A stretch of 64,000 nucleotides of DNA from Eledone cirrhosa (Eukaryota). Shown piece by piece: positions 1 through 11,964 of the stretch. Positions within the stretch are counted from its first letter, which is position 1. Every line of letters begins with the position of its first letter. A program made the position numbers and the translations under genes. The notes under the pieces are model-generated. The model was given only the letters and a program-made list of their open reading frames with translations. It ran no database searches and was not told the DNA's origin. The stretch is from positions 252,402,001-252,466,000 of the forward strand of contig OZ024743.1 of the NCBI GenBank assembly GCA_964016885.1, read 5' to 3'.

Positions 1-714
1 CAAAGCAGGCTGGTCAGCAGCGAGCAAACGTAGATCAATATCAGTTTTTGTCGATAGTGAGTTGACAGGTAAACGAGATAATGCATCTGCCGCTAAATTC
101 TGTGATCCAGAAATATGGCGTATATCACTAGTGAATTGTGATACATAATCTAAATGTCGAGTTTCACGTGGCGAGTATTTTTCGGGTTTCGCTTTGAGAG
201 CAAATGTCAAAGGACGATGGTCCGTGAAAATCGTAAACTGGCGTCCTTCCAACGAATGCTGGAAGTGTTTGATTGCCAAGTACATCGTTAACAGTTCTCT
301 GCCGAAAGTACCGTATCGGGTTTCAGCGGGTTTAAGCTGTTTTGAGAAATATGCAAGTGGTTGCATCTTCTGGTTGTAGTACTGTTGCAAAACTGCACCT
401 ACTGCTGTGTCTGATGCATCACCGACCAGTGAAAACTGGGCATCAGGCACAGGATATGCAAACAGGGTGACATCAGCTAATTCCTGTTTAACTCTGGAAT
501 AAGCTTCGAGTTGAGCAGGGTCTAAAGAAATAGGTTCGTTTTTCTTTTTTCAATTCCACAACAGTTCAGAAAGAGGTGCTATGCGCTCAGCACAATGTGG
601 AATAAATCGAAGGTAATAATTTAGCAGTCCCAAGAACTGACGTAATGATGTAGGATGAGGTAATTCCTGAAGAACTTTCACTTTATCTGGTGGAGGTGAT
701 ATGCCTGTAGGACT
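1..714 (-). mobile_element. Host Gypsy LTR retrotransposon, RT C-terminus and RNase H part (continues beyond the left edge)
   Basis: Minus strand reads ...SPTGISPPPDKVK...LRQFLGLLNYY... and ...FTIFTDHRPLTFAL...RHLDYVSQFTSDIRHISGSQNLAADALSRL. It joins in frame to 4820+ once the insert is removed. Confidence 0.93.
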
Positions 715-979
715 TGTAGCGACTAGCGCCACATTGCCCGGGGAGAAAAAACTAATTGGAGTTACTTCCCGTTGAATTCTAGAAGATCCCTTGAACTTCC
801 GGTCTAGGGATTATAAAGGAGGGAGAAAAGAGACATCTTAGCTTATTTGGCGACCGGCTCTCGTACAGTTCACTCACGAGCGTGTGTGTTAACCTTATTA
901 TATCTGTATCGAATTTAATTAGTGGTTGGCCTGCAGTGGCGTTTACCAAAGTAAATAACCCTGTGACCAATTCACTAAA
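715..979 (+). repeat. 5' LTR of nested Gypsy
   Basis: TGTAGCGACTAGCGCC...TTCACTAAA. Near-identical to 4555-4815 (about 8 substitutions and one small indel region by eye). Confidence 0.95.
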
Positions 980-980
980 G

Positions 981-991
981 TAGTGACCCCG
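981..991 (+). promoter_or_regulatory. Primer-binding site, tRNA-Trp type
   Basis: TAGTGACCCCG just after the 5' LTR, one mismatch from TGGTGACCCCG (complement of the tRNA-Trp 3' end). Confidence 0.8.
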
Positions 992-1813
992 TTTCAACAT
1001 AATTTCTACCGACGTTTTGAAAAAGAAAATCATCTCTCTCGACCAAATTTCATCATGAGTAACACATCGTTACCAGCGTATTCTGGCGATGCCAAATTGT
1101 GGTTCGCCCAGCTTGATGCGTATTTTGCGGTCAACGGAGTACAGGAAAAACAGCAAAAATTAAACGTGCTAATCAGCGGAATTCCAGCTTCACTAGCGAT
1201 TACAGTAAAAGATATAATCAAGAACCCTCCCCAAGGCGTTTCCTACGAGTCTTTGAAGACAGAGGTACTGCGTAGGAACTGTAGGTCATCTGAGAGTAAA
1301 TTTCGTTCCTTATTAGAGGATGAAAATCTGGGGGACAGTACTCCTACAGAGTTTTTACGACGTATCCGTGAACTCAGTGATGCTGCACCCGAAGACAGTT
1401 CCTTCGTAAAAAAGTTATTCTTCTCCTGTTTGCCAACTAATGTGAAAACCATATTAGCGAATACGGTTGACACCAGTTCGATAGAACAAATTGCTGCCTC
1501 TGCAGACAGAATTATGGAATTTTCTAGAGAACCTACCTCGGCTGATTCGGTCATTGCCTCTTCTGCTTTCAAAACCCAGCCTGCTTCACCTCGTGAGGAC
1601 TCAATGTTGAGAGCCATTGACGCGCTAACTAGGCAAGTAGCTAAACTATGTAGAGATCGAACGCCATCTAGACGGCGTTCACGAAGTCGGTCTTCTTCCT
1701 TTCACCGTCGCGCCAACCTCCCCGCCAACAACTCGTCTTTGTGTTGGTATTACATGCGTATTACATGCGTTTTCGCTCGTCCACTAAAAAAAAAGCACAA
1801 AACGATAGACTAA
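983..1813 (+). pseudogene. gag: gag of nested Gypsy (likely start ATG 1055; 3' end disrupted by deletion)
   Basis: LPAYSGDAKLWFAQLDAYF...LGDSTPTEFLRRIREL...RSRSRS...LCWYY. Homologous to the host gag at 6308-6766. Confidence 0.88.
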
Positions 1814-4280
1814 AAAAAGCACAAAACGAGTTCGAGCATATGCTCCAGCTCGTTCTTATACGACCATCCATCAGCCCACGGGCACCTCCGCTTCACTTGG
1901 CTCGTAAGGGTGAAGCGGATTTTAGGCCTGTGGGAGATTATCGACGACTTAATGCCATCACCACGCCGGACCGTTATCCTCTACCAAATTTACAGGATTT
2001 TTCATCCGTTCTGCATGGATGCAAGATATTTTCCAAAATAGATCTAATACGTGCATACCACCAGATATTCATTTGAATTCCTGTCCATGCCTTTTGGTTT
2101 GCGGAATGCTTCTAGTACGTTCCAGCGTTTTATCGATGAAGTCACGCGTGGATTGGATTTCGTGTTTGCTTACGTTGATGATCTCCTGATAGCCAGTGAT
2201 TCGGATGAACACCATCATCAACATCTATCTCAGTTATTTCAACATCTCCAATCGTACCAAGTCAGAATCAACCCAGCTAAATGTGTGTTTGGTACAGATT
2301 CACTGGAATTCTTTGGACATCTTATAGATTCAGAAGGCATACGACCTTTGCCATCTAAGGTAGAAGCGATTCAGCATATCGCACCACCCACCTCCCTGAA
2401 ACAATTACGTCATTTCTTGGGATTAATTAATATTTATCGTCGCCTCATTCCTAACTGTGCGGACAAGTTGTTCCCCTTGACACAGTTTTTAAAGAAGGCT
2501 GCGAAAAAGAAAGATGCTCCTATTTCACTTTCTGCCGATGCTTTGCAGCCTTTTGAATCCGTCAAGTCTCAGATAGCTGAAGTTTCCTTACTCGCCCATC
2601 CTGTTGCAAACGCGAGACTTTCTTTATCTGTTGACGCATCCAATCATGCTGTTGGAGCAGTCTTGCAACATACGATCAACCACCAGGTTCAACCACTGGC
2701 GTTTTTCTCACGCCAACTAAAACCAGCAGAGCAACGTTACAGTACTTTTGACAGAGAGCATTTAGCAGTTTATCTTGCTGTGAGACACTTCCACCATCTT
2801 CTTGAAGGTCGGGAGTTCACGGTATTCACAGACCATAAACCACTCACATTCGTTCTTCAAACCAAGTCTGACAGATACTCTCCAAGGGCATACAAACATT
2901 TGGATTACATCTCCCAGTACACCAGTGACATTCGTCACATAGCTGGAGCTGCCAACATACCCGCGGACGCATTATCTCGACTTTCTGTGTGTTCTCTTGC
3001 GTGTCCTGCACATATCGATTTAGTTGCCATTGCAACTGACCAACCTACTTTGGATTCGCTGGACATTTCCTCTGACCAGTTCTCCTGCTGCAAATTGTAA
3101 TATTTACCTCTTCCATCTTCTGAAGGAAAAATTCTCTGCGATATTTCTACTGGCTCACCCAGACCACTTGTTCCAGATTGTCATCAACGTACCGCTTCTG
3201 ATGCACTTCATTCGTTGTCACATCCTGGCATAGCTGCCACGGTGAAGCTTATTACGGCTCGATTTTTCTGGCCTAATATGCGTCGTTTAATCACCGGTTG
3301 GGCACGTTCTTGTTTGAAGTGTCAGCGCTCTAAGATTTATCGGCATGTCCGCGCTCCTCTTGGGAAATTCAGCCCGCCGACGCACGTTTCCATCATATTC
3401 ACATGGATATTGTTGGTCCATGGCCCGTTAGTCGTGGGTTCACATACATATTGACTTGTATCGATCGTTTCTCTCGGTGGCCTGAAGCCATACCCTTAGT
3501 GGACATAACAGCAGAGTCCGTTGCCCGAGCTTTCATTTCCAATTGGATTGCTCGCTTTGGTGTTCCTACTAAAATAACTACGGATCGTTGACGCCAATTT
3601 GAAGCTTCCTTATTTCGTGAAATATCACGACTCTTGGGTGCTCATCACATTCATACGACCAGCTATCATCCAGCCTCCAATGGAATAGTCGAGAGGTTTC
3701 ATAGACAGTTGAAAGCTGCACTTCGCGCTACTCCTGATCCACAACGTTGGACCGAATTTTTGCCAATCGTGCTTCTTGGTAGTCGTTCTGCCATTAAGAC
3801 AGATTTAGGTTTTTCTTCTGCTGAACTTCTTTATGGTACCACATTGTCTCTTCCTGCACAAAATATTAGCGTCTTGACCCAGCATCATATGTCACCAGGA
3901 TTCGTTCGTATTTCTCGGATCTTCCACCAATGAACCCTCGTGACCTATCTTTTTCTTCTGCTGTCCCATCGGACATCTCTACGTGGACACACATTTTCAT
4001 GCGGAATGTTTCCGCCAAGGGACCTCTTACGTCACCCTACAATGGACCTTTTCGTGTGCTTTCGCACACACCAAAACACTTTACAGTGGCTGTCAATGGT
4101 CGAAAAGCGGTAATATCCGTTGACAGAGCAAAGAAGGCTTTCTCTGAAAGTTTCACATCATTGCCTGACATACCGCGCACATACACTCCCACACAAACAC
4201 CTTCACCTCCACCGCAAACACCACATACCACACAACCATATGTCACACGAAGTGGCAGGACAGTAATATGGCCACGGTAA
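1760..4280 (+). pseudogene. pol: pol (RT, RNase H, integrase) of nested Gypsy, frameshifted
   Basis: [49 protein letters not shown]...[43 protein letters not shown] across several frames. Confidence 0.93.
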
Positions 4281-4542
4281 CTCTCAAAAACAATATTCGT
4301 CTAATCCCTAGTAGCATTAACTATTTGACTTTGAAAAATGTTGAACTTATTTTGAGCACTATTTTCCTTGCTCCCTTGTACTGCTTTGAATTGTATTGTT
4401 CCAGTTACATTTTTCTGCATGTTTATTTTCATACTTTGCTTCTGTTACAAACCATTGTAATTTATGTACCTTTTGTTTTGCTTGCTCCTTATTCTACGAC
4501 TCCTCGCTACAATGACCTTACGGTTAATATCAATTATCGTCT

Positions 4543-4552
4543 GGAGGGGAGC
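4543..4552 (+). promoter_or_regulatory. Polypurine tract
   Basis: GGAGGGGAGC immediately before the 3' LTR. Confidence 0.8.
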
Positions 4553-4554
4553 CT

Positions 4555-4815
4555 TGTAGCGACTAGCGCCACCTTGCCCGGGGAGAAAAAACTAATTGGA
4601 GTTGCTTCCCGTTGAATTCTAGAAGATTCCTTGAACTTCCGGTCTTGGGATTATAAAGGAGGGAGAAAAGAGACATCTTAGCTTATTTGGCGACCGGCTC
4701 TCGGACAGTTCACTCACGAACGAGTTTGTTAACCTTATTATATCTGTATAATAATTAGTGGTTGGCCTGCAGTGGCGTTTACCAAAGTAAATAACCCTGT
4801 GACCAATTCACTAAA
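4555..4815 (+). repeat. 3' LTR of nested Gypsy
   Basis: Direct repeat of 715-979, followed by TSD GACT. Confidence 0.95.
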
Positions 4816-4819
4816 GACT

Positions 4820-6766
4820 AATGATGTGTCCTAGAAAAACTAGCGAAGGCGCACCAAATATACACTTCGCGAACTTGGTACTTCTTAAAACGTTGAAATA
4901 ACAAACGAAGGTGTTTAACATGTTCCTCTGGAGATGTGCTAGCAACGAGTACGTCGTCTATATAGCAGTAAAAAAAAACCCCAGGTCTCTGATGATTTCG
5001 TCCATGAAGCGTTGAAAGGTACTAGCCGCGTTGCGTAAACCAAAAGGCATAGTTAGGAACTCAAAAGCACCAATGGGCGTAGTGATAGCAGTCTTCGGAA
5101 TATCCGCTGGATTAAGTGGCATCTGATGATACGCTCTGACTAAATCCAGTTTAGAAAAAACTGTGCATCCATGTAAGGAAGAAGCAAAATCCTGAATGTG
5201 TGGGATCGGGTACAGTCATCGCGTTTAATTGGCGAAAGTCCCCAGTCGGACGCCAATCGCCGGAACGCTTTGGAACCAAATGTAAAGTAGAGGCCCACGG
5301 ACTGGAGGAAGGGCGCATGATCCCCAGCTGTAGCATGTGGTTAAATTCAGCCTTCGCCGCTTTCAATTTCTCTGCAGGGAGGCGGCGAGGGCGTGAAAAT
5401 ACAGGAGCGCCAAAAGTTTCGATGTTTTGTGGAGTGAATAGGCTTGCTCACCACAAAATTCAAATTTGTCAATTCCGGGAAGGAATTTAGAAGATACTGG
5501 AAAGGGTCCTCGGAGGCGGTGATAAAGAATACCGGGCTGATAGATGAGACAGTAGATCTCAAACCCGGAAAGGAGAGTTCCGTATTAGCATCCAACAACC
5601 GGCGTCTGCGCATATCCACTAAGAGGTTATAGTGGTGCAGGTAATCCGAGCCTAGAATAGGGTAAGGCAAATCAGCGACCGTGAAAATCCACGTGAAGTC
5701 TCTTCGCAATTCCAGGTTCAAAGAACGAGAAATTTGACCATATGTGGAGATCGGAGTATGATTTACGGCTTGCAGAGAAATGGATGAAACTGGCGGCTTC
5801 TCTTTGAGAAGTTTTACCGGCCATATGCTGCAAGTAGCGCCTGTATCCACCAGACATCGAGCTTGGGAAAACGTGTCAGTTATGAAGAACGCACGATTAT
5901 TTGGGAGTGTCAGAGGAGACTGTGCCGTGCTCAGGTCCCCTGAAATTCGTTTCCCTGGTTGGAAAAGGAACAAGGCTGTCTACAACAGCGTGCCGCCGCG
6001 CCAAAACGGCTGTGATAGTAGCACAGTCATGGTTTGTTTGTGTGACGGCGGCGTAGAGAGGGCGAACGGCTCTGTAAACGTCGTCTGGGCGATTGAGCCC
6101 TGGATAAAACTCAATCTTCTCATCTCTTTGGTGAGTTGTGCTATGGCTTGAAGAATTGCCGTAGACGTGAACGACTGATCGGTGTGAACGGTAGCCCATG
6201 GAGAGAACGAAGAGACCTCAGCCGGCGGCTAAGGTGTAGCGAAGGAGGCAGGCTTTCCTGTGAAACTCATTATTTTGTCCGCCGAAGACGCCAGTTGCTC
6301 GACTGAGCTAGACTCCATCATAGGCGCCAATATCGCCTGGACATTGGGCGGTAGCCTCGAAAAGAAAAAGCTGTCTCGGGAGGGCGCTGTCGGCTGGAGC
6401 GTCCTCCGCCAGTTCTTTCATTCGACGCAGGAACTGGCGGAGGACGCTCCAGCCGACAGCGCCCTCCCGAGACAGCTTTTTCCGATCACCCAAATGCTCG
6501 TCATTTACTAGGGTTTGAAATCTCCTCTCTGCCGACAACGTGGTACGCCGCAGAATCTCGCGCTTAACGCTCTCATAGGTGGCTTCAGGGGCCGGATCAG
6601 TAATCAGATCCTTCACAACTGTCGTTAAAGACGCCGGGATAGCAATCAAAATAATTTGTAGTTGTCTGTCTTCGGACGTTATGCCATTCGCTGCAAAATG
6701 CGATTCAATCTGTGCGAACCAGACACGGACGTCTCCTGCAAACGCTGGCAATGCAGTACTACCCAT
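4820..6766 (-). mobile_element. Host Gypsy (CsRN1-like): gag, protease and RT N-terminal part, decayed
   Basis: gag MGSTALPAFAGDVRVWFAQIE; CHCC-type knuckle CYYHSRFGAAARCCRQPC; protease LVDTGA...ILGSDYL; [24 protein letters not shown]...FLGHII. No clear 5' LTR found. Confidence 0.92.
5949..5955 (-). promoter_or_regulatory. Candidate -1 ribosomal frameshift heptamer G GGA AAC at the gag/pol overlap
   Basis: gag frame ...CAG GGA AAC GAA TTT CAG GGG ACC TGA. The protease ORF (5347-5973) is in the -1 frame. Confidence 0.75.
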
Positions 6767-7559
6767 CGTGAATTAAGGCATGGCAGTAAGCAATAGATAA
6801 CAACAGGGAAAATGCAGGCCAAAAGTAATCCAAGGGAGAAGAAAAATATAAAATAAAAATAATGATATTTTCTTCGTTGTTGAAGAGACAAATGTTAAGA
6901 ATAAAAAATAAAATTTCTTTTCTTTCCTATTTTTCAAAATGGCGTGCCCTAAAGTCAATTTGGCGGGAAAACAAATGAAGAAGACGGAAGTCGGCCATTA
7001 TGAGCTCTCCGGAAATGAAGGCAAAAATCTTTTTTTCCTTTTTTTTTTAATATGGCGTCACCCAATCAGAATTTGGGCGCGAAACATGAATTTTGAAGAA
7101 GAAAGCCGGCGCCATGATAGATTTCCCGTGCACTATTTATATTTCGAGACAGTAAAAATAAATAAATACCATAACTCACGCTGTCGCGTACATTTCCCGA
7201 GAAATCCATATGAATCTTTTTTTATTCATATATTTCGATCGAGCTGCTGCTATGGTATGTGTCCATCAGAGAGAGAACACATTTTGTTGTCCAGAATTTT
7301 CTTGTTATCGGTTACACATTTTTTTCTTTTATATAAAGTAAATCCGTATCACCATTTATTATGTAAGTGGCATGTTGATCACGTCGGGAGGTCACAATTT
7401 ATAACGTTGATTAAGTGTCGCTGGAGATATTATTATATTTATCGATTCAGAACGCAATGACAAAAACGACATAATCCGTTATAACAAAAATTTCCTTTTA
7501 TTTGTTGTACAAATATGGAATCGAAAATAACAAGAGTTTTGAGCAAGTCTTCACATCGT

Positions 7560-8700
7560 GTTGGCTGCATATTCCAGTGGAGATGTGAAAGAATGTGGCA
7601 TATCAGATGTCGGACGTCTTGATGCTGGTCGTTCAGTGAACTCTGTGTCTCTCTGCCAACTGTGTCCCGCAACTTGTCTCGATCCTTTGAGGGCCCTGAT
7701 TGGCTACTTCAGCCAATTCACCTCTGTGACACCATTCTTCCGCCAAAGGAAAATACATAATAATTCTGTTCACTACACTATGGCTTCCTTCCACTGTCAT
7801 TTCCTAACACTTCTTCACCCAGCAATTATCGTCCATGTGCATCACATGATAATACCAATGCAGTCATCCCTCTTGTACACCCCGTTTGATTCCTGTTTCT
7901 CCCTCAGTTTCTCCAAAGTCTGCCATATTTACATTGTACATCCAACAAACATGGCAGCTTCATTTCTCTCCAGTTTAAACATATTCTCTGCAGTGATGGC
8001 CAATGTCTCACTACCTACATGCGGTATCACACTTTGCACACTGGCATCACACAGCCATCCTTTTGTACATGGGAGAAACCTTTTATTGTTAACAGTGGCT
8101 GTACCTCGCTAAACGTTTTCCATCCTATTCTTATTCTGACTATTATGTTCTTTGGGTATTCTCCTCAACTGCTTATTCACCTAGGTAGCAGACACTATCA
8201 ACCATTTTATAGAATTTTGATGTGATGGCAAAGGGTTTATATCACTTATATTCATCCCATCAATTACTCTTGTGCATCTAGTACATGTGAAGGCTTCCTT
8301 TTCTGTTAGTCTGTCTGCTATCCTACTACATCTTTTATGTACCCAACATTTGCTTTAGGTACATCATATAGAGTTTCTGCCTACTCATTTTCTGCACGCC
8401 GAGCAGGCTCACTTCCCTGGTGGGATCGGGGTGCTTTCTTCTTTACCAACACTAGTTTTTTTCTAAGTTTAACTCTTAGCTCTTTTGATTGTAAATTCTG
8501 TTTCCATAGTCGGAATTCTCTAGTCCTTTTATAGATTCAACTTTAAGAACCAGATTAATCACATAGAGAAGTTCCCATGGACAGCCAGTCTTAAACACCT
8601 CTGTTATGGCCTGGGGAACTGTGATGAATAGTTGTGGGCTAAGAACCAAACCATCGTGGACTCCTACCTGTACCTTCAATTCTCTACTCCTCTATACATG
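7560..8700 (-). mobile_element. Highly decayed RTE LINE 3' fragment
   Basis: VQVGVHDGLVLSPQLFI...FKTGCPWELLY matches the RTE RT at 22090-24753. Confidence 0.8.
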
Positions 8701-8800
8701 GTTTGCACTGCTCTTCTCTAATTTTTCCGCACCCAATTTCCTTAGTGACCACTAGAGCAACAAAACTAAATATAGATGCTTATTCTTGGCTAGGAATTTC

Positions 8801-8834
<34 letters not shown>

Positions 8835-8842
<8 letters not shown>

Positions 8843-10066
8843 GATCGAGTATCGAAAAATCGGCGCACGAGTTCACGATAAACAATATTCGAAATGAGCG
8901 GCAGAGGGCTCAATAATTCAGATGAATCAGAGCTATAACTATCGTTAAAATACCGTCACACATAGAACAAGTCTACAATCAACCATACGATAAAAAATCG
9001 ATAATAGAAGATTCGGGACAAACAGATAAAAAATATCAATAAAACAATACATCAATAATTTAAATGAATGTAAAATCATACCCGGACCCACTAGAAAGGT
9101 GTTAAATCTAGCTTCTTGGGTTTCTGTAAATCCTTAGACTGTACTCTATCAGCTCACATATAAATATATAAGACTACTAGAGCAAGAGGAATGGAGTTTA
9201 CTTCATCAACGAGCTTTTTCCTAGCGGATAAGGGGCTAACCACAAGCGAAATACGCACATGGAATTCGACAAGGGAGATAACCTCTACATCCGCGAAAAC
9301 TATTCGAGGAAATGTGGAAATACACATATCGAATAAGAGTGCTCAATAGACATGTTAAAATAAAACAAGAGCTATTCATCACTCAATAGAATCGACAAAA
9401 AGTGAGCAATAAAATTAACTGGTGGATAGCTATGTCCAGAGCTAAAAATATTAGAAAGATCGAGTATCGAAAAATCGGCGCACGAGTTCACGATAAACAA
9501 TATTCGAAATGAGCGGCAGAGGGCTCAATAATTCAGATGAATCAGAGCTATATATATATATATATTAAAAAAAGGAACGATCGAATTTCGTCAAATTCGG
9601 TCACAACTCAAGGTAGAAGGAGCAACGTGAAATAAAGTGTCTTGCTCAAGGACATAACGCATTTCCCGGTCCGGGAATCGAACTCACAGATTGCGAATCC
9701 AATTCTCTAACCACTCAGCCACACGCCTTCATTATATATATAGTAGAATAATCGAGTATCGAAAAATCGGCGCACGAGTTCACGATAAACAAAATTCGAT
9801 ATGAGCGGCAGAGGGCTCAATAATTTAGATAAATCAGAGCTATAACTATCGTTAAAATACCATCACACATAGAACAAGTCTATAATCAACCATACGACCG
9901 AAAGATTTCGATCTGGAAGATTCGGGACACTCAGATAAAAAATCAATAAATCAAATGAATGTAAAAAGCATACCCGGACCCGCTAGAAAGATGGTAAATC
10001 TAGCTTCTTGGGTTTCTGTAAATCCTTAAACTGTCCTCTATCAGCTCACATAAAAATATATAAGAC

Positions 10067-10069
<3 letters not shown>
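8835..10069. repeat. (TA)n-flanked partial-tandem repeat family, three copies (8835-9449, 9450-9552, 9741-10069); probable PLE pseudo-LTR
   Basis: Shared start TATTAGAAAGATCGAGTATCGAAAAATCGGCGCACGAGTTCACG; copies bounded by TA runs. Confidence 0.7.
9615..9731 (-). mobile_element. tRNA-derived SINE head fragment
   Basis: A box TGGCTGAGTGG, B box GTTCGATTCC, then CCTTGAGCAAGACACTT core shared with 26299-26631. Confidence 0.8.
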
Positions 10070-10099
<30 letters not shown>

Positions 10100-10100
<1 letters not shown>

Positions 10101-10300
10101 GTAAGGGCGCTGCGGAGTTGCAAATGGGTTACATATGAAAAAAGTTTGCCCTTCATCAGTGATCTTCCAACCATCATAGGCATTTCATCGCTTTAAAGAC
10201 CATATACCTCCGGTTGGTGCGAGCAACGGCTAAAAAAAGTCGTTGGGACACGTAAATAAAGGGGACGCGAGGGTAAACAAACAAAATGGTGAAGCAACAG
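10100..10300 (-). repeat. Dispersed TA-associated repeat family (other copies on + at about 49730-50225, 55470-55620, 55790-56120)
   Basis: Shared AGCCGTTGCTCGCACCAACCGGAGGTATATGGTCTTTAAAGCG...GATCACTGATGAAGG. Confidence 0.85.
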
Positions 10301-11803
10301 GAAGTGAGGAAGATATATATGTATATACGATATGAATAAATGGAAACTATATTTATAAAACCATATTGATTTCATTATATATATATTTTTTATTTTTAAA
10401 CTTTTTAATATTTTGATATCTGTAGAATCCTTGTTTTTTATGTTATATTGATATAATATTTTATTTTTTATTAGATTTATTTTTTATTAGATTCATTTTA
10501 TTTATTTTTTTATTAGATTCATTTTTTTTTTGTTTTTATTAGATTTGTTTTTATTCTGATAGCTTCTCATAATTTTTATTACATTTATTTTTTATTCTGA
10601 TAGCTTCTCATAATTTTCAAAAGTTTGTCCTTTCAATATCTTGATTAAAATATACGTATGATATTCTATACTAAATATATTAAACATATTATTTTAACTT
10701 AAAATATTCTATAATATTTTGGGATATTTTAGTATTTTGATATTTGTAGAATTCGTTTGCTTTTTAAGTTATATTGATATAATTATATTTCCAAAATATA
10801 TTTTATATACTCAATTGTACTATGTTATATGTTGATGTATACGTATATCTATATACGGCTAATGTATCTATATGTGTGTGTTGACATACATATACATGCG
10901 TTATATGGTTTTTTATGATTATATGTCTGTCTGTATATATGCATGAGTGACGCGTGTATACTAATTGAAGATGCACACACATATCTATTCATGTATAGCT
11001 AGGAATTATGGATGTGAATGTACAGGCTTACACATGCAGTTTTTGATTGCCGATATGCATAACTTAACAGCCATAAATGCATGAAAGTTAATCCTATATA
11101 TTTATATATATATATACTAAAAACTTTTAATTTTTAATTAATAACACAGGGAATGTATGGCAATAAATAAAAAATCACTTATGCTTTGTATATATTTATT
11201 ATGTGCGGGAGTAGATATAATGTGTATTTTCTGAGTGAGTGTGTATATATATATATTTATGTACCTTTGCCTATGTGTATGTAATATGCGATAGATAATC
11301 TCTCTAGCAATATATATATTTTATAATGTTTAAATTCCAATTTTTAATATATTGATCTCAATTTTAAACTAAATATTTAATCATAATTAAACAATGTGTA
11401 ATTTCTCATATTATATATCTATATTCCATTCATGAATATTAATATTTCTAATTGTATTTATGCTTTTCATCCCAATTGTTAACTCAACTTAATATGACAT
11501 AACTTAAGGTTTTCGTTCTCTCCCCCTCTCTCTATCTCTCTCTCTGGATTTTTTCTCTGTCTGATGGTTTGATATATCCCCGTTATTTTTCCTCTGTTCT
11601 CTTTTCTTTTTGCTTTCTTCTTTTTCTTTATCTATCTCTCCTTTTCTTTTCTCCACGTTTCTCTCTCTCTCTCCATCTTTTTACTTACTCTTAACACTAT
11701 GACTTACTAAAGTAAACAAATCACTATCCTGATGGCCTCCCAAAACAACGGTCAATTTTTAAAGGGGTACGTCAATGTCTATTTATAAAACTGTTATATA
11801 TTG

Positions 11804-11862
11804 TATTTTGTCTGATGAAGGCATAACATAATGTAACTTGGTATCCTTGAAATATATATAAT
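11804..11862 (+). ncRNA. Hammerhead ribozyme motif interrupted by a SINE insertion
   Basis: TATTTTGT CTGATGA AGG...CCTT GAAA TATATATA; the stem I partner ATGAAATA now lies after the insert. Confidence 0.7.
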
Positions 11863-11964
11863 TGTTTCTACTTTTGGCACAAGGCCAACAATTACTCAGA
11901 GTATTACTGGTACTTTATTTTATCGACCCCGTAAGGATGAAAGGCAAAGTCAACCTCGGCGGGA
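11863..11964 (-). mobile_element. 5'-truncated SINE with 16-bp TSD
   Basis: TSD TTGAAATATATATAAT at 11847-11862 and 11965-11980. Body matches the SINE at 61372-61548. Confidence 0.85.

Larger units (their letters stand above)
715..4815 (+). mobile_element. Nested Gypsy (CsRN1-like) LTR retrotransposon, decayed, protease region deleted
   Basis: Two LTRs (715-979, 4555-4815), 4-bp TSD GACT (711-714 / 4816-4819), PBS, PPT, and gag-RT-RNaseH-integrase order. tRNA-Trp PBS plus 4-bp TSD are CsRN1-clade traits. Confidence 0.95.

Noticed and set aside
7053-7064. PBS or 5' LTR of the host Gypsy
   Set aside because: Only a weak match to the tRNA-Trp PBS, and no TG...CA LTR follows.
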